NCBI GenBank assembly: GCA_043228905.1
Contig: JBHGNT010000006.1
Location: 18,848,001 to 18,912,000, forward strand
Length of the DNA: 64,000 nucleotides
Direction of reading: 5' to 3'
From: Azolla caroliniana
Taxonomy: Eukaryota > Plantae > Polypodiophyta
Of the stretch, positions 1 through 14,000 are shown piece by piece. The stretch's first letter is position 1; each line of letters opens with the position of its first letter. The position numbers and the translations under genes are program-made. The notes under the pieces are model-generated. The model searched no databases. It was given only the letters and a program-made list of their open reading frames with translations, and had not been told where the DNA came from.

Positions 1-141
1 TCCAATTCCAACTGTATTAAAATCAAAATGGTCTATTTTTAGCAATATTCCAAATCTCCAAATGAAAGATCATTCAAAAGAAAGAAATGAATTCCATTCA
101 ATATCAATAAGAAAAAACAAACAAGCGAAAGAAAATAACGG

Positions 142-366
142 ACTCCATTCAAAAGTGAACACCATCACCAAACAGAAGATCAGGCAAGAAAAGAGGAAGA
201 ATGCCAGATCTCCAAAGAAAAGATCAAGCAAGAGAGACTCTTATAACAGGATTCCAGTCAAAAGTGAACATCTCCAAACAGAAGACCAAGCAAAAAGAGA
301 GGAAGAATGCCATATCAAAATATCATATCTTCAAAGAAAAGATCAAGCAAGAGAAAAACTCTTTAT
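142..366. repeat. Degenerate duplication of about 105-120 bp in the presumed NAC intron
   Basis: CAAAAGTGAACA...CAGAAGA(T/C)CA(G/A)GCAA...GAGGAAGAATGCCA...AAAAGATCAAGCAAGAGA occurs twice. Confidence 0.6.
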
Positions 367-604
367 TCGAGATAAAAAATCAGACATCAGAGAAAAATTT
401 AAGTAAAAGAAAAGAAAAGGACTTCATTCAAAACCAATGACCGTATCTCCAAACAGAGCATTGGGACTAAGAAAAGAAGAGGGAAACATTGAATACTTTT
501 CAAAGATCCAACAAATGAGAAAAAGTGTCGTTAAAGATCCAATATTTCTCAATCAAAACAAAAGAACGAGGACAGATTTATGACATATGCAAAATTCTCA
601 CTAC

Positions 605-1620
605 CTTAACATTTCCATCAGGCACATCATTCTCCTTTGTTTGTCCATAAGACGCCACTGGAACTTGCAGCCGCATCCGGCGAGAGGTCGTGCCTTGTAT
701 CGATGTAGCAGCAGCTTCTGCCTTCTGTATAGATAGAACATTTTCTGCTAGCCATTCATCATTCCCATAACTAAGGAAAGGTTGGGGTTGGAATAGATCA
801 AAATTTTGCATTGGTAACCTAGGCATAAACCCATCTGAAGGTGATTTGATATCAAACATCTCAATATAGTCACCATCCGTTTTGCCACAAACACCCATCC
901 CACCATCGTTGTTCTTCAATATGCTTAACATTCCAGCTTCATATAAATCTGGGTGAAGAAATTCGTGAAGGTCATTGCCATCAAGGTGGGTAAGAGGGTC
1001 TTGAAGAGCATTATCCCCGGGTGGAAAAATCATGTTATCCTCATAAGGTTTAGTCACATCATGTGAGTTACCATCTTCAGGAAACATCAGTTTAATGATA
1101 GCATCCATATCTAGATCATGATCAATTGGCCCATGATCACCATATCCCTTGCTTGGATCTACGAAAGTAGTAGAGCTATCTCCATTATCTCTAGGTTCTG
1201 GAAGCTTCTCCTCTATTTCCTCTATCGAAGAGCCAAAGATTTGTTCTATTTCACTATCCTCTGAAGTGACTGGAGCACCATACTGTTCTCCATTTCTTGG
1301 TCCAGGTCCACTTTTCTTCCTTATTCGGCACAGTGTGGGCGCAAAACCTGTATCACCTTTTTTCTCCACATCTTCAATGAGCTTGTATTCATGCATCAAC
1401 CAATCAGTGCGAATACCGGTAGGAGCTCTACCCTCATAATATATCAAAGTTTTTTTAACTCCAACTGTTTGAGACCCAGTGCATACTTTCCTATCCTTCC
1501 CTGTGGCTTTCCAATATCCTTTATTTGTTGTCCGGTTTATACGTGCTGTTCGAGAGTGCTTCTGGTCTCGAGCATTGAAAAAGTACCAAACTGGATCTTT
1601 GCTATCAAGTACGGACATCC
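605..1620 (-). CDS. NAC transcription factor, coding exon 2 (subdomains C-E plus acidic regulatory region); NAC2/NTL-like; gene probably continues beyond the left edge
   Basis: Acceptor TTTCTCAG at 1621 joins exon 1 in frame; WYFF, GYWKATGKDR, GVKKTLIYY, DWLMHEY and LCRIRKKSGPGPRNGEQYGAP motifs; likely donor AAG|GTAGT at 604 (otherwise the frame stops at 578). Confidence 0.9.
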
Positions 1621-2464
1621 CTGAGAAACAAAAAAGAGATTATGAGATTTTTACACTGTTTGAGATCAATGTTATGGATTCACTTCCCATAATCAACAAT
1701 ATAACAACGCATAGAGATTATTCACAAGAAAACAATCTGACATCTTTGAGCTATAGCGACCAATGTTTCTACCATTCCCTTCATAAAGTCAGCAAAAACA
1801 AGGATAAGAGACCATTCAGAAGAAACAAACATTTCTGTTCCTTTCGCAATTTTCTACATTTTGCTTCATAACAATGAAGGAGTTCAGATTATTCATAAGA
1901 AAAAGATTCTAACATTCCTGAGTTACAATGACCAATGGCATTAAGCATCCATTCATTTCATTAAATCAACTAATAGACATCATTAGAAAGAAAAGCATTT
2001 GACATTTCAGAGCTACAATCATGAATTTACTTCATAAATTTTGCATTGATTTCATCACTCGGCTTTTTAGCACAATCTCACCAATTTCTCCAACCAATGC
2101 AATGTTAAGATCATCAACAACAATCTCTAACTAATTATCGTTCAGATAATTAATAAACTCCCATAAATATCTTGTTAATTCGTCTTTCAGATGATGAAAA
2201 AACTCTATTGATGACTCACTAATTCAGATATTAAAATATTTTCACTGATTTACAATTCCAATCCCTAACAAAATTCAATATATTTCGAACTAATCCAACA
2301 TTCTGATCACTAACAAAATTCCATCTATTTCTAATTAATTCACAATTTAGATAATTAACAACGTTCAATCAATTGCTTGCTAATACATCCTTCAGGCTAT
2401 TGATACAAGCAAAAATCAATTATACATATCCATATTGATAAGAAAATGGAAAAATAAGACTTAC

Positions 2465-2624
2465 CACTTAGCTCCCATGGCTCATATTTGTAAATGTCAA
2501 GGTCTGCGATGACTCCATTATGAAAACTTTTTCCATACACTTTATTCTTCAAGTAATAAGCCACAAGCTCTTCATCTGTAGGACTGAATCTGAACCCAGG
2601 AGGAAGGCCACCCTGTTGTTCCAT
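2465..2624 (-). CDS. NAC transcription factor, coding exon 1 (NAC subdomains A-B)
   Basis: [28 protein letters not shown]...[13 protein letters not shown] is the canonical NAC N-terminus; phase-1 donor G|GTAAGT at 2464. Confidence 0.95.
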
Positions 2625-3133
2625 AAATAGATAAAAACCAGAGTTGAAAAACGAAAACCTAACAGCTTCTGTCTTTTTGAATTTTTTCCAGATTTTTTTA
2701 TTCCTTCGAGGCAGTTGTACGTCCGATCTGTACTTTGATAGAAAAACAGGTAGAGCAGAAATGGCAAACCCTAAGACTTATAGAATAGGGTTGAACAAAG
2801 AACCCCTACCTATAACAGAGAAACATAGGATTTAAAACAGAAACCCTAATCAAAGAGTACAAAGCTAAGGTGAAATAAGGGAGATACTAGTTCACTGAGT
2901 AACAAAATTAGGGTTTAAAAACAACAGAAACCTGACCAAACCTTCAGAGAAAAAACAGAAACCCTCATAACAGGGGGGGGAACTAGGGTTCCAAAAAAAA
3001 AGAGTATCTAGAGACCTAGGAGAGTAAAGAGGCTATGGTCAAGGACTCAGAAACCCTAATCCGATGAACAAAGAATAACAAGGCAAAAGGAGGAGAAACC
3101 CTAATTTTGTATTCGGAGAGCTCTCTCTGCTAC

Positions 3134-3137
<4 letters not shown>

Positions 3138-3174
<37 letters not shown>

Positions 3175-3240
3175 GAGAGGAGGAGCAAAGACGCGTTGAC
3201 ACGCGTCACGTAGCGATTGGCTGGCCACCGTGTAAGCATT
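3138..3240 (-). promoter_or_regulatory. Probable NAC proximal promoter / 5' UTR start: (CT)n tract, two ACGCGT (CGCG-box) motifs and an ACGT core
   Basis: (GA)n at 3138-3170 reads as a pyrimidine tract on the coding strand; GACGCGTTGACACGCGTCACGT at about 3190-3211. Confidence 0.4.
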
Positions 3241-4918
3241 CCCTCGTTTGCGTCTTCGACACGTTCGTTCATTTTGATTGAAACCCAAAAAGAAGAAGAA
3301 GAAGAAGAAGAAGAAGTAGTAGTAAATAAAATTAAATAAATAAATAAAAGAATGAATGAATGGATGAAAGGATATTTTTTCAATGTTTTCTCTGTAAAAG
3401 CTAAGGATCCACACATGTAATGATTGGAATTTGGCATCCCACAGAGAGAGAGAGAGAGAGAATCTGGAGTAATGATTGTGGAGTTGGGTGTGTGTATTTG
3501 CTTGCTTGGCCGCGTTAACCTATGTTTTCTGTTGTCAAAGCTTTATATCGGTCTCTGAAACATTCATTCATCCATTCATTCGGTGTCTGAGAGACACACA
3601 CAGTCGCCTGAGAAAGGCCAAAAATTTATGCAGACTTATGCCATGGATAACACCAAGCAATGCTCTCGAACCCTCAAACCTCATTACAAACTCGTAATGC
3701 CTTAGCCTTACAAGTGGTTTTACTAGACGATCAACAACCAAGTTGAATCCACTAAGTCGCCATCCGTAAATTCACCTCAAAACATAGATATCAACGCATG
3801 GAGTGGAACTTTAACCCCGTATCCTCAAATACAACCACAATACACTCATTGATTGCATGGTATTTTGATACAATTGTGAACCCATCAAGAAACATAGGGC
3901 AACAACTTATTCATCTATTCCAAATTCCCATATTTCTATAGCAACTTATGGTTAAAATTGAAGCTTGTCATGAGAACAAAACATCAATGTGAAAAGCGCA
4001 AAATTTTGTAAGGATCGAAAAACATTTTCGAACCCGCTTTTTCATAATACTTTTGATAAGAACCACGATAAGTTTTTTACCACCATCAAATGGCATAATA
4101 ATGGTTGGTGAGAAAGCTTTGAAGAAATCGCAAACATGTGAAGTCAACACGAAAGAGACTTGTGCAAATATGTGTTTTAACCAATCATATGCACAGGAGT
4201 TGTGATGGAAGCTAAGGAGGAGGAGATAATTGAGCAATATTGGGCTACAATTCATGAAGTTGTGGATCATGAATTAAAGTTCCCTCTACCTAACAACCGT
4301 GATGCGTGATGGTGGATGCGGAGTTTATTACATATGCTGTGGTTGTGGGGTGTTGGGTCCCTTAGAAGAACATTCTCAATGACTTCTCCATGTTCTTTGC
4401 TAGAGTTATTATCTAATTTTTAATAGAAAACATAAGTTTTGTAGTAGATTGGCTTCAACCATGGCTTAATCCATGGATGGTGTTTTAAATAAAACAGTCT
4501 TGAAGATGGTAGGTTTTTCATGAGGTTATGTTCAAACCAAGCAAGGATTATTAAAATGGGGATTTTTGGCAAACAAAATTTCGAACACTAATGGGAAAAT
4601 CCTTCAAAGAGAGAGGATTGATCAACAACAACATCTCTCACTCTTCATAGTAAAAAGGAGAAAATCCAAGAAAAATGTGAGAGCTTTTTTGGTGGTTGTT
4701 GTTGTTGTTGCTTTAGTTTGTTTCAGTGGACTGGACTGTGGAGGGAAGTTTCCACCAAAGTTCCTCCTCGGTCTGGGCCTCGGAATTTCCACGAAGGTTT
4801 CGGGTTCTGTTGCAAAGGGGCGTTTTCCATACATAGCAGGAATTTCTCACGAAGAGGTTTCTGTTGTGTTCCAAAGAGCCCTTTTACATACATAGCAGGA
4901 AATTTCTACGAAGAGGTT

Positions 4919-4919
<1 letters not shown>

Positions 4920-4953
<34 letters not shown>

Positions 4954-5370
4954 GACAGGTAGACGAGCAGAGCAGAGCAAAGGAAATAAAGGGAGAGGGC
5001 TGGGCGAGCAATGGCGCGCTGCCTCTGCACTACTAACTAAATAAAATACACACACACACACGTGTGTGTTGTTGTACACATACACATACACTGACATACA
5101 TACATACATACATACTGCACTATACATATACGTATACACTCACTCCTACACGTATATACATACATAGATAGATAAATACTCATATTACTCCCAAGCTAAC
5201 TCATCCCAACACACTCGCAAAGTATTGCGCATACATATATAATACAAACATAGTATATACATATGTATAGTATACACATATTTACACCGACCCACGTATA
5301 ATTGCACCCATCGACAAAGCAAAGGGCTAAAACATACATACATACATATACACACACACACACACACAAT
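4920..5370. repeat. Microsatellite-rich region: (CTGT)n, (CA)n, (TACA)n
   Basis: Directly visible simple repeats. Confidence 0.9.
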
Positions 5371-8300
5371 CCTATAAGATTACTTATTTGCACTTGAACC
5401 AACCACTAAACTGATAAACACATGGAGGCTATACCCACATACATGCATACATACTAGCGACATACAACAAGATTGTGAGTATTGACTTATACTGATATCC
5501 CTAAAGGTTGCCGTTCACGCACATCATACATTTCCAGAGAAGGGAAACTGCATGTGTTGTCACACATCTCTAGCGGAGTATTATCTGAAATTGCTACTCT
5601 ACATAAGGAATGCCATCTTCTTTGGTTCAAGTGCTTGCAAACTCCAAATGTCCGACCACTAACATTTCATGGTACTATTGGAAGGCTCAACATTGAGAAC
5701 AACCGTTAGGAACATAGAATAAATTATTTTGAAAAAACAAATAGTCATGCCCTACTGAATTTGTTATAATATTTACAAGAACTCTTTAACCTTGAACAAG
5801 AGTCACGATCTAGATCAATATGATTGAGGCGCATTTTGGTGTGAATTCATTTACTTCAAGATCACTACGAATGGAATCAATAATAGTTGAATATGTGGGT
5901 GCTTTGGACAAGGTAGTTTCCTCAACCACAATTGATTAGGACACAAGAGAATCTGCTTTGATGGTAAAAGTTGGCTCCCATAGGTAGGGTGTCAAAAAGT
6001 AGGCTCTCCTAGACAAAGTGCTTTTGTTTGTCAAAAGCAAGTTTTTCTAGACAACGCGTAAGCAATTGCACCCATCATGCTTGTCATCAAATCAAGATTC
6101 AAGCATTCTAGAAACATGTCAAGTTCTTGTGAACATTGTTAAACTATAGACTTGTGTTTGTGGTGGCCACATACTTCTCTTTGTACCATAAATTTAAGTA
6201 TTGGCTATTTACATAAATAGCCAAAACGAATACATTAACTCAAATTTGTTAATAAAGATACAACTTCTTGTAATGCTTTGGTTGTTGCATAATTTCTTTT
6301 TTTTCCGTAATAATGTCTTTCATCATGAACGAAAACATCACCGTGACTAAGTTACACCAAACTTTAGAACTCTATGGATCTAAATACTATGAACTCATTC
6401 CCACCATACACATGTCACCTTGCACAATTGGCTCTCTCTCTCTCTCTCTCTCTCTCTCTGCTACCGTGTTGCACCGCCTAATGTCACGTTGTCGTCTGCT
6501 ACCATCCGTTGCCGTCTGTTGTCATTTGCGTGTTGCATGGTCTACTGCCATACTGTCGTCTCTTGCCGTCCATCGTCCTTACTGTCGTGCTGTCGTGTTC
6601 TTTTCTTGACATTGCCTGGTGCCGCTTGGTGTACGTGCATGGTCTGCATTGCGATCTTGTTGTTGTAAAGTGCACATCCTTGGACCTTTGAGGTGTGTGG
6701 GTTTCACCTCGAGTGTCTGCCTTCGTCGGTGGGTTCTTTCGGTGTGCTCGTCGTGTGCTACGAAATGCCGATGTGACTGCGACATACACACAAACTCGGG
6801 TAAGTCTCGCACCCATTTATTTTATCTTTTTCTTATTGACACCACAATGACGTCTAAATGAGCTAAGGAACATAAGGATATACAAGACGAAGCTATAAGT
6901 AAAGAGGACTTTTTAGTTATGTGTAATCGTTTAACAAAAATAGAGATGGATATGAAAAAATGGGCGAAAGACGCCGAAACCCACAAGAAAAAAGATAGAG
7001 AGGAAAAAGAAGCCCTCAAGGCCGAAATAGAGAAACTTAAAGTGGAAAACACCAACCTTAAAAAACAACTTAATGACATCGAGGTATCTAGGGAGGACGG
7101 TGAAATATCCTCCATAGAGAATATAAAAGACAAGATTAAATAAGTTAAAGAGGAAGTTAAAAATAACATAGAGTTAGCTAAAACGGGTTGGGTAGATGTG
7201 GTTAAAAGAAACAAAAGATGAAAATATTGTTAATACCACCCTTGAAGAAGAGAAAATGCGTCAGGCCCAATGCTTAAATGTATGTGTCACTGGGCTCAAG
7301 GAAGGTGCATCCCCAGACGAGGATGCACAAACACTTTGGAAAATGTTAGGGTACACCACGGGCCTACCTATCACCAAAGCTTGGAGGGCCGAACGTGACA
7401 CAACTAGGAAGAGAGCCTTAGTCCTTCAATTTAAAGACTTAAGACTCTAGAATCATTTTCTTTAAGAAGACACCAATTCTTCGAGGATTGGGTCGGGACC
7501 CTATCTATCTCGATGAAGACCTCACTAAGATGCAAATTGAGCATCGCAAGAGTTGTATGCCACGAGTTATGCAAGCTCGTAAAGAAGGGCATCATGCCTT
7601 TTATCGAGACGGGTGAGTGATCATAAATGATCGCACTACTAATTGACGGCGTGTGGCCCATGTGACAGAAAATACACTTACGATGACCTTATGGAATTGT
7701 AACGACGCACTCTGGACACACCTCGACCACCTAGAGGAGATAATAAAGGTATCAGATATACTTTTCTTGATAGAAACACACCAAAGCCCAAATAGAGTCC
7801 GCTTTTAGACAAACCTCACGTCGATGCACTACCAGGGGCTCTGGAGGTGTCACAATATTGTTTCGGAGAGAGCTACATAATAGGATAGAAATACCGAGGA
7901 TAGACCCAAAAGCTCGTTTTATGTGGGTGAAAGTCTCCACAAGCAAGGACAAGGCAATATTTTTCACCATTTGTTACTTTCCCCCGAAAGGATCTTGTTA
8001 TAATCTGGCTGGCAAGGTGAGATTAGTTGATGAAGGAGTGCCACATGGGCCTTCCCTATACGAACCTCTATCGGATGACATAATCCGATATTCTTCCCAA
8101 GGAGAAGTATTCCTTGTAGGAGACTTCAATGCGAGAACCCAATCCCGAAAATACATAGTATTTCAGATGAATAGAAACCTAGAAATGGTAAATGTCGACC
8201 CTTTAGACATAGGCACCACATGTAGATCAAAGGATCAAGATGTGGACGCCACGAGCTTTGGCCATCATTTGCTCAAACTTGGCAGCCGGCATCGGATGGT

Positions 8301-11018
8301 CATATATAATGGTTTTGCCAAGTGGCCAGGCTCGACAGAGCTCACATGTTTCCCATATGGAGGACCGGAAAGCATAGTTGATTATCTAATAGGACACCCT
8401 GAAGCAACCCACATGATTAACTCCTTCCAGGAGGCCCCATGCCCTATTGGCGCGGACCATAGTTTCTTATACTTCGAGCTAAAATGCGATATCTCTAACA
8501 TCACCAAATCTAGTCAACCACGCCATCACACAACAATACATCTCACCCATGAGCTCTCTGACATATACTCTCGACATGGTCAAGCCCATCTCTCCTCCCT
8601 TGATCCCACCCTACCTTTAGAGAGCCTTAGTATGAAACTCACACACATCCTTCACTCCGCAGCAGTTAATAGTTTCCCATATATGAAATACTCCAATCAA
8701 GGTAGATTAGGATCTATGCCAGAAAATAGATGATATGATGAGGATTGTAGGAACTTACATAGACAACTTACAATATCGCAACTTAGTGGTAGTATTACCT
8801 CAGTACAAGCTCGCAAAGAAATGCGCAAGATGACACGTCATAAGAGACCAAAATGGGAGGCATCCTAGTATTAGGAACTCTACCATATGCTCATGAGTAG
8901 CAATTGCGCCACTGCATGGAAGAGATTACAGGAACCAAGACCACAAACACCCATCGAAGATCCGAAACCTGGCACACATATACAGAGAGACTTTACCAAA
9001 TCCCAAACCAACCACCCATTCCAATGCCTTCCACACCTCGACCTACCATGGGGACACTTTTCACGACCTCTAGGGACCGAAGGTCATAAAGAAATTACAA
9101 CATAGGAAGTCCATGGACCACACAAGATTGCAAGCAGAACACATCATATATGCGAGAGAGTGCCTAGCTCCCTTGCTAACTCTAATCTTCAATCGTGCCC
9201 TCACGGAGGGTTTTCCACCACAATGGACTATGAACACAGTGCCCCCCATACATAAAAGGGGGGACCCCATGCACCCAAATACATATAGGATGATTATGAT
9301 AGGTCATACCCTTGCTAAATTATATGGTGCAGTAATGGAGGCAAAGCTTAGCGATTATATGGAGACCCTAAATCTTCACGCACTTGGACAGGCTGGCTTT
9401 AGACGAGCCTTCTCCACTATTGATCATATCTTCACACTTAGATGCTTAATTGACTAGACTAAGGCTCACAAGAGGAAAGTATATTGCTGTTTTGTGGACT
9501 TCTGCAAAGCCTTTGACACGATCCCTAGAGAGTGGTTGTTTGATAGGCTTAAAAGCTTGAGGATACCAAATGACATGGTTTGGGCCATCTACACACTATA
9601 TGAACAAATGTCCGGGTGTGTTTGATGCCCAGGTGGCCTATCCAATTGTTTCACTAGCACTATTGGTGTAAAACAAGGTTGCCCCCTATCTCCGACTCTT
9701 TTTGGGATCTACATTGATGAGATCACATATTTTATTGCTCGTAAGGGAGGCAACATACTAGTCCTTGGGGATACGCAGGTTCGTATCTTGCTCTATGCAG
9801 ACAACATAGTTTTGCTCTCTGAATCCAAACACGACCTACAAAGGCACCTTAATGCCTTAGATGACTTTTGTGCACAACGAGGAATGGTAGTGAATCTAGG
9901 GAAAACTAAAGTCCTTATCTTCCACACATTGGCCCAAGTTAGAGCTAAGTGTCACCTAACTATCTCCCATAGCCTAGTTGAGGTGGTTGTTTCATATGTC
10001 TATCTTGGAGTCACTTTCAATGCCCGCTCAGGTAAATTTTCGATGACAGAAGCAGTGAAAGATAGACTTACGAGAGGACATGCATCACTCTCACTCCTCG
10101 AGAGACAATGCCATCAAGCATACTTTTAAGAGCCACAGACTAAAGGGTGGCTCTTTGACTCATTAGTGACTCCCTCCCTCATGTATGCATCAGTGGTTTG
10201 GGCTCCAGGACTACCATCTTTCATGTGGACGCAATTAGAGAGACCATTGGTGACATTATTAAGGTTGAGTTCACTTTATCCCCGATGTTAGTAGAGGCAC
10301 TTTTTCAACTTTTAGTCTTTATCCACAGGATACATAGCCAACCACATGATAGAATATCCCATCAAGCCTTTAAGGCCTCTCGATCACTGTATGAGTCTGG
10401 CTATACTAGGTCATGGTATGACATGATGGTGAGTTGGCTTCTTGCGAACGGTCTAGAGATTAATAACCTCCCTCCTCTTAGGTACAACCACACGATTGAT
10501 AACATTTTAATCTCTCATGAGGACCGCAATAAAGTAATACACCAAGAAATATGGCAAATTTACACTTGGTATAAATGGATCACCCCACTAGAGCCACTCC
10601 CATCTAAAATGTTGCATTATAAGGAACACTTCATGCACTTCTCTAAGTTAGGTTTTATTACGCGGCCAAAATATCTAGATGTATTCTTACCACATGCACT
10701 AAGGGTTTCCATTGGACAACTTAGAATATCATCTCACCAACTTGAGATTGAGAATGGTCGTACTAATGGAGTCCATAGGGAGGAAAGGATATGTAGGTTA
10801 TGCCACATAGAGATAGAGGATGAGTACCACTTTACATGCAGGTGTCCCACCTACGCCGAGATAAGGGCAAAATACCAAGACATACTTGGTTCCTCTCCTA
10901 CCCTCCCCAAACTATTAGATACTCTAGATATAAAGAAATTAGGTAGATACATCCTAAAGCTAAAATAACACAGAGAGAATAAGTTACAAAATACTGACAA
11001 TAATGTTGCTAATCTTCA

Positions 11019-14000
11019 TGTTGAGATATCAAGCTCAACTAGTTTAATCTAGTTAGTCAACACATGTAACTTAGTAGTTACCTAGATCGAATCTAGTTAA
11101 TGTGTTGACCTTAAGCCTTTAAATAGGACCTTGTACTTAAGTGGGATATTCTAGATCCTCCACTCCTTAGTACATTTAATGTAGGACTTACACATAAGTA
11201 CCTATGTTCTACCCACACATGTGCACCTTTGCACATGGGTTGTATATATACCTCATTGTGGGTATTGTTGTATGTTGATGACACTTTTCAATATATTCAA
11301 TCATCCCCCATTTATCTTTGTGTTCAAGTGTAACTTCCTCTCTCTCTCTCTTCCTCTCACACACTCTCACGCGCATATCATACTAATCTTCCGCTGCTTA
11401 ACGTAACCATATAATTAGTCTCTAATTAACCCTAGTTAATTACCTAATTACTTAACATGGTATCAGAGCGCGTGGTTTAGGAAATCCACTAAGCCCACCG
11501 CTTATTCGTGATTGTGTGTTCGAGACACCGACGACAAATCCCGGCTATTCGCTATCCGCTACCGTAGTGCCGCTACGAAGGACGTGTACGTGACCAAGAG
11601 AAGAAAAACAAAACAGAAGACACAACAATCAACATGAACAAACAAATGGGAAGCCCGCTCCCTAGCGAAAAGCTACACTGAAGCAACTATTCATCGTGGG
11701 AGTACAAGATGAATCAATACCTTGTCGGCCAAGGGTATTGGAGCTACATCAACGACGCACAAGAAAACAAACCCGAAACCACACACGCCAACTACCCAAC
11801 GTGGGTGCAAGGCGCGAGTCGGGTAATGTATTGCTTGGCAACATGTGTAAACGACCACATGCTTAGCCACATTCGTGACGCCAAGACGCCCAAAGAGGCG
11901 TGGGAAAATCTCAAGAAGATTTTCGCCGCGGACACATCCGTGCACAAGCTTCAACTCCGGCAAGAGTTGAACAACATACGACAAAAAGAAATGTCCGTGA
12001 CGGACTACACCGCCAAGATCAAGAGCATTTGCGACTCTCTTGGCTCCATCAACGTCAACATCGACGAGGACGAGATGGTGTAAGTATGCTTGGGCGGCCT
12101 CGCACAACGATTCAACCCGTTGAGAACGGCAATCTTGGCGAGAGATACCCCTCCCTCGTTCTTCAACCTCAAATCAATGCTATTGGTCGAAGAAAACCAC
12201 GTTCAACCAAAGACCAACACATCGGAAGGAAAAATGCTCTTCTCCGATACGGATGATGCCCATAGACGAGGTCGACGTGGAAGAGGTCAATTCGACCTAT
12301 CCCACGAAGGGAATTCACAATTTCGGCAAGGAAACGGAAGCCATCGAGGAACCTTCACAAGAAGAGGGAGCTTCCACGCCGAACAAGGCCGGCGAACGAT
12401 GCCACCTACGTGCAACTATTGCGGCAAAATCGGCCATCGCGAAGAGGAGTGCCGAAAAAGACGAAGCGAGTCGGCCTCAACAAGCTGGCAACTCACAAAT
12501 TACGCCGCGAACGCGGACTACGGTGGACTCTTCGTGATGAGGCATAGAGCGAACTCTATGATGGCCTCCGATCCCGCAAACTCCGCAAGCACCTCCAACT
12601 TCGAACACGCGTGGTTCGTAGACTCCGGCGCCTTGCACCACATGACGTCGCACCAAGAGTGGTTTCACGACTTGTGAACGCCGGATCGACCCGGCTACAT
12701 AGAGACCGGAGACGACACTCCGCATCTCATTCGGCACATCGGCGATGTCCCATTCGGGAAAGAAGGTGAGCAAACTTGCATCAAGAATGTCTTGCACGTG
12801 CCCACAATAACAAAGAATTTGGTCTCGGTCGGCCAAATCGTGGAGCAAGGCATGCAAGTCCGCTTCAACAATGAAGGTTGCTTCATCGAGAAAGACAACC
12901 GACTCATAGCCAAGGGACGGAGAGACGGTCGCTTGTTCATCCTCGACTCAAATGAGGTAAAATCGGCCATGTACGCCAAGGTCTCAAGACCGAGACAAAC
13001 ATCGAGTTGTGGCACAAGCGAATCGGCCACGTAAACCTCCAACGGCTTCGCGGAATGCAATCAAAGGGAGTCGTAATCGGACTTCCGGCTTTCGAATCGA
13101 AATGAGTCGACCGAGTGTGCGAAGCATGCCAACTTGGCAAACAACATCGACTCCCATTCCCGAAGGAGAGCTCCGCAAGCAAAGGCCTCCTTGACATAAT
13201 CCACTCGGACGTATGGGGACCGGCTCAAACGCCGACGCTCGGCGGATGCCGCTACTACGTCACCTTCATCGACGACCACTCGCGCTACGCGTGGATATAC
13301 CCGATGAAGAAGAAGAGCGAAGTGCTCTCCCACTTTCAAAGCCTCAAAAGCCAAGTGGAGAAAGAAACCGGTCGGCACATTCGATGCCTACGAACGGACG
13401 GAGGAAAGGAGTACTTCTCCGACGAGTTCACCTCCTACCTCCAAGGTGAAGGCATTCGTAGAGAATTCTCATGCCGACACACTCCCCAACAAAACGGAGT
13501 AGCTGAGAGAAAGAATCGGCAAATACTCGAGGTAGCACGCGCCATGATGCGTGAGAAGCACAAGCCGAACTTCTATTGGGCGGAAGCGGCATCCACGACC
13601 GTCTATCTCATGAATCGATGCACCACAAATAGCGTGCACGACCTTACTCCATACGAGATCTTCGTTGGAAGAAAGCCCATTCTCTCGCCCCTCAAGGTGT
13701 TTGGAAGCATTGCGAATGTACGCATCCCGAACGAAAGTCGAGAGAAGCCCGACGCGAATTTGGAAGAATGTATCCTCATAGGATACTTGTCCGCAAAAAA
13801 GGCGTACAAGTGCTTCAACCCTTCGACCCGAGCGGTGTGGATAAGTCGCGACGTCGTTTTCGACGAATCAGCATCTTGGTATAAGCCCGATGCGACTCCA
13901 TCCGACCCGATCGAGGAAGAGTTGAACGCCAACTCGGACTATGAAACTCGGCTAGGTCCTCCACCGAAGGACAATCCAAGCTCTACCAAGCTAATTGACC

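Noticed and set aside
62-440. Lys-rich ORFs of 114 and 79 aa
   Set aside because: Products of A-rich degenerate repeats, antisense to the presumed NAC intron.
3640-4480. Possible decayed DNA-transposon sequence
   Set aside because: No TIR/TSD or recognisable transposase motif could be supported.
5820-6431. Possible copia RNase H end and LTR continuing at 15734-15819, meaning the LINE inserted into an LTR
   Set aside because: Too degenerate, and it does not match the downstream LTR at 17125.
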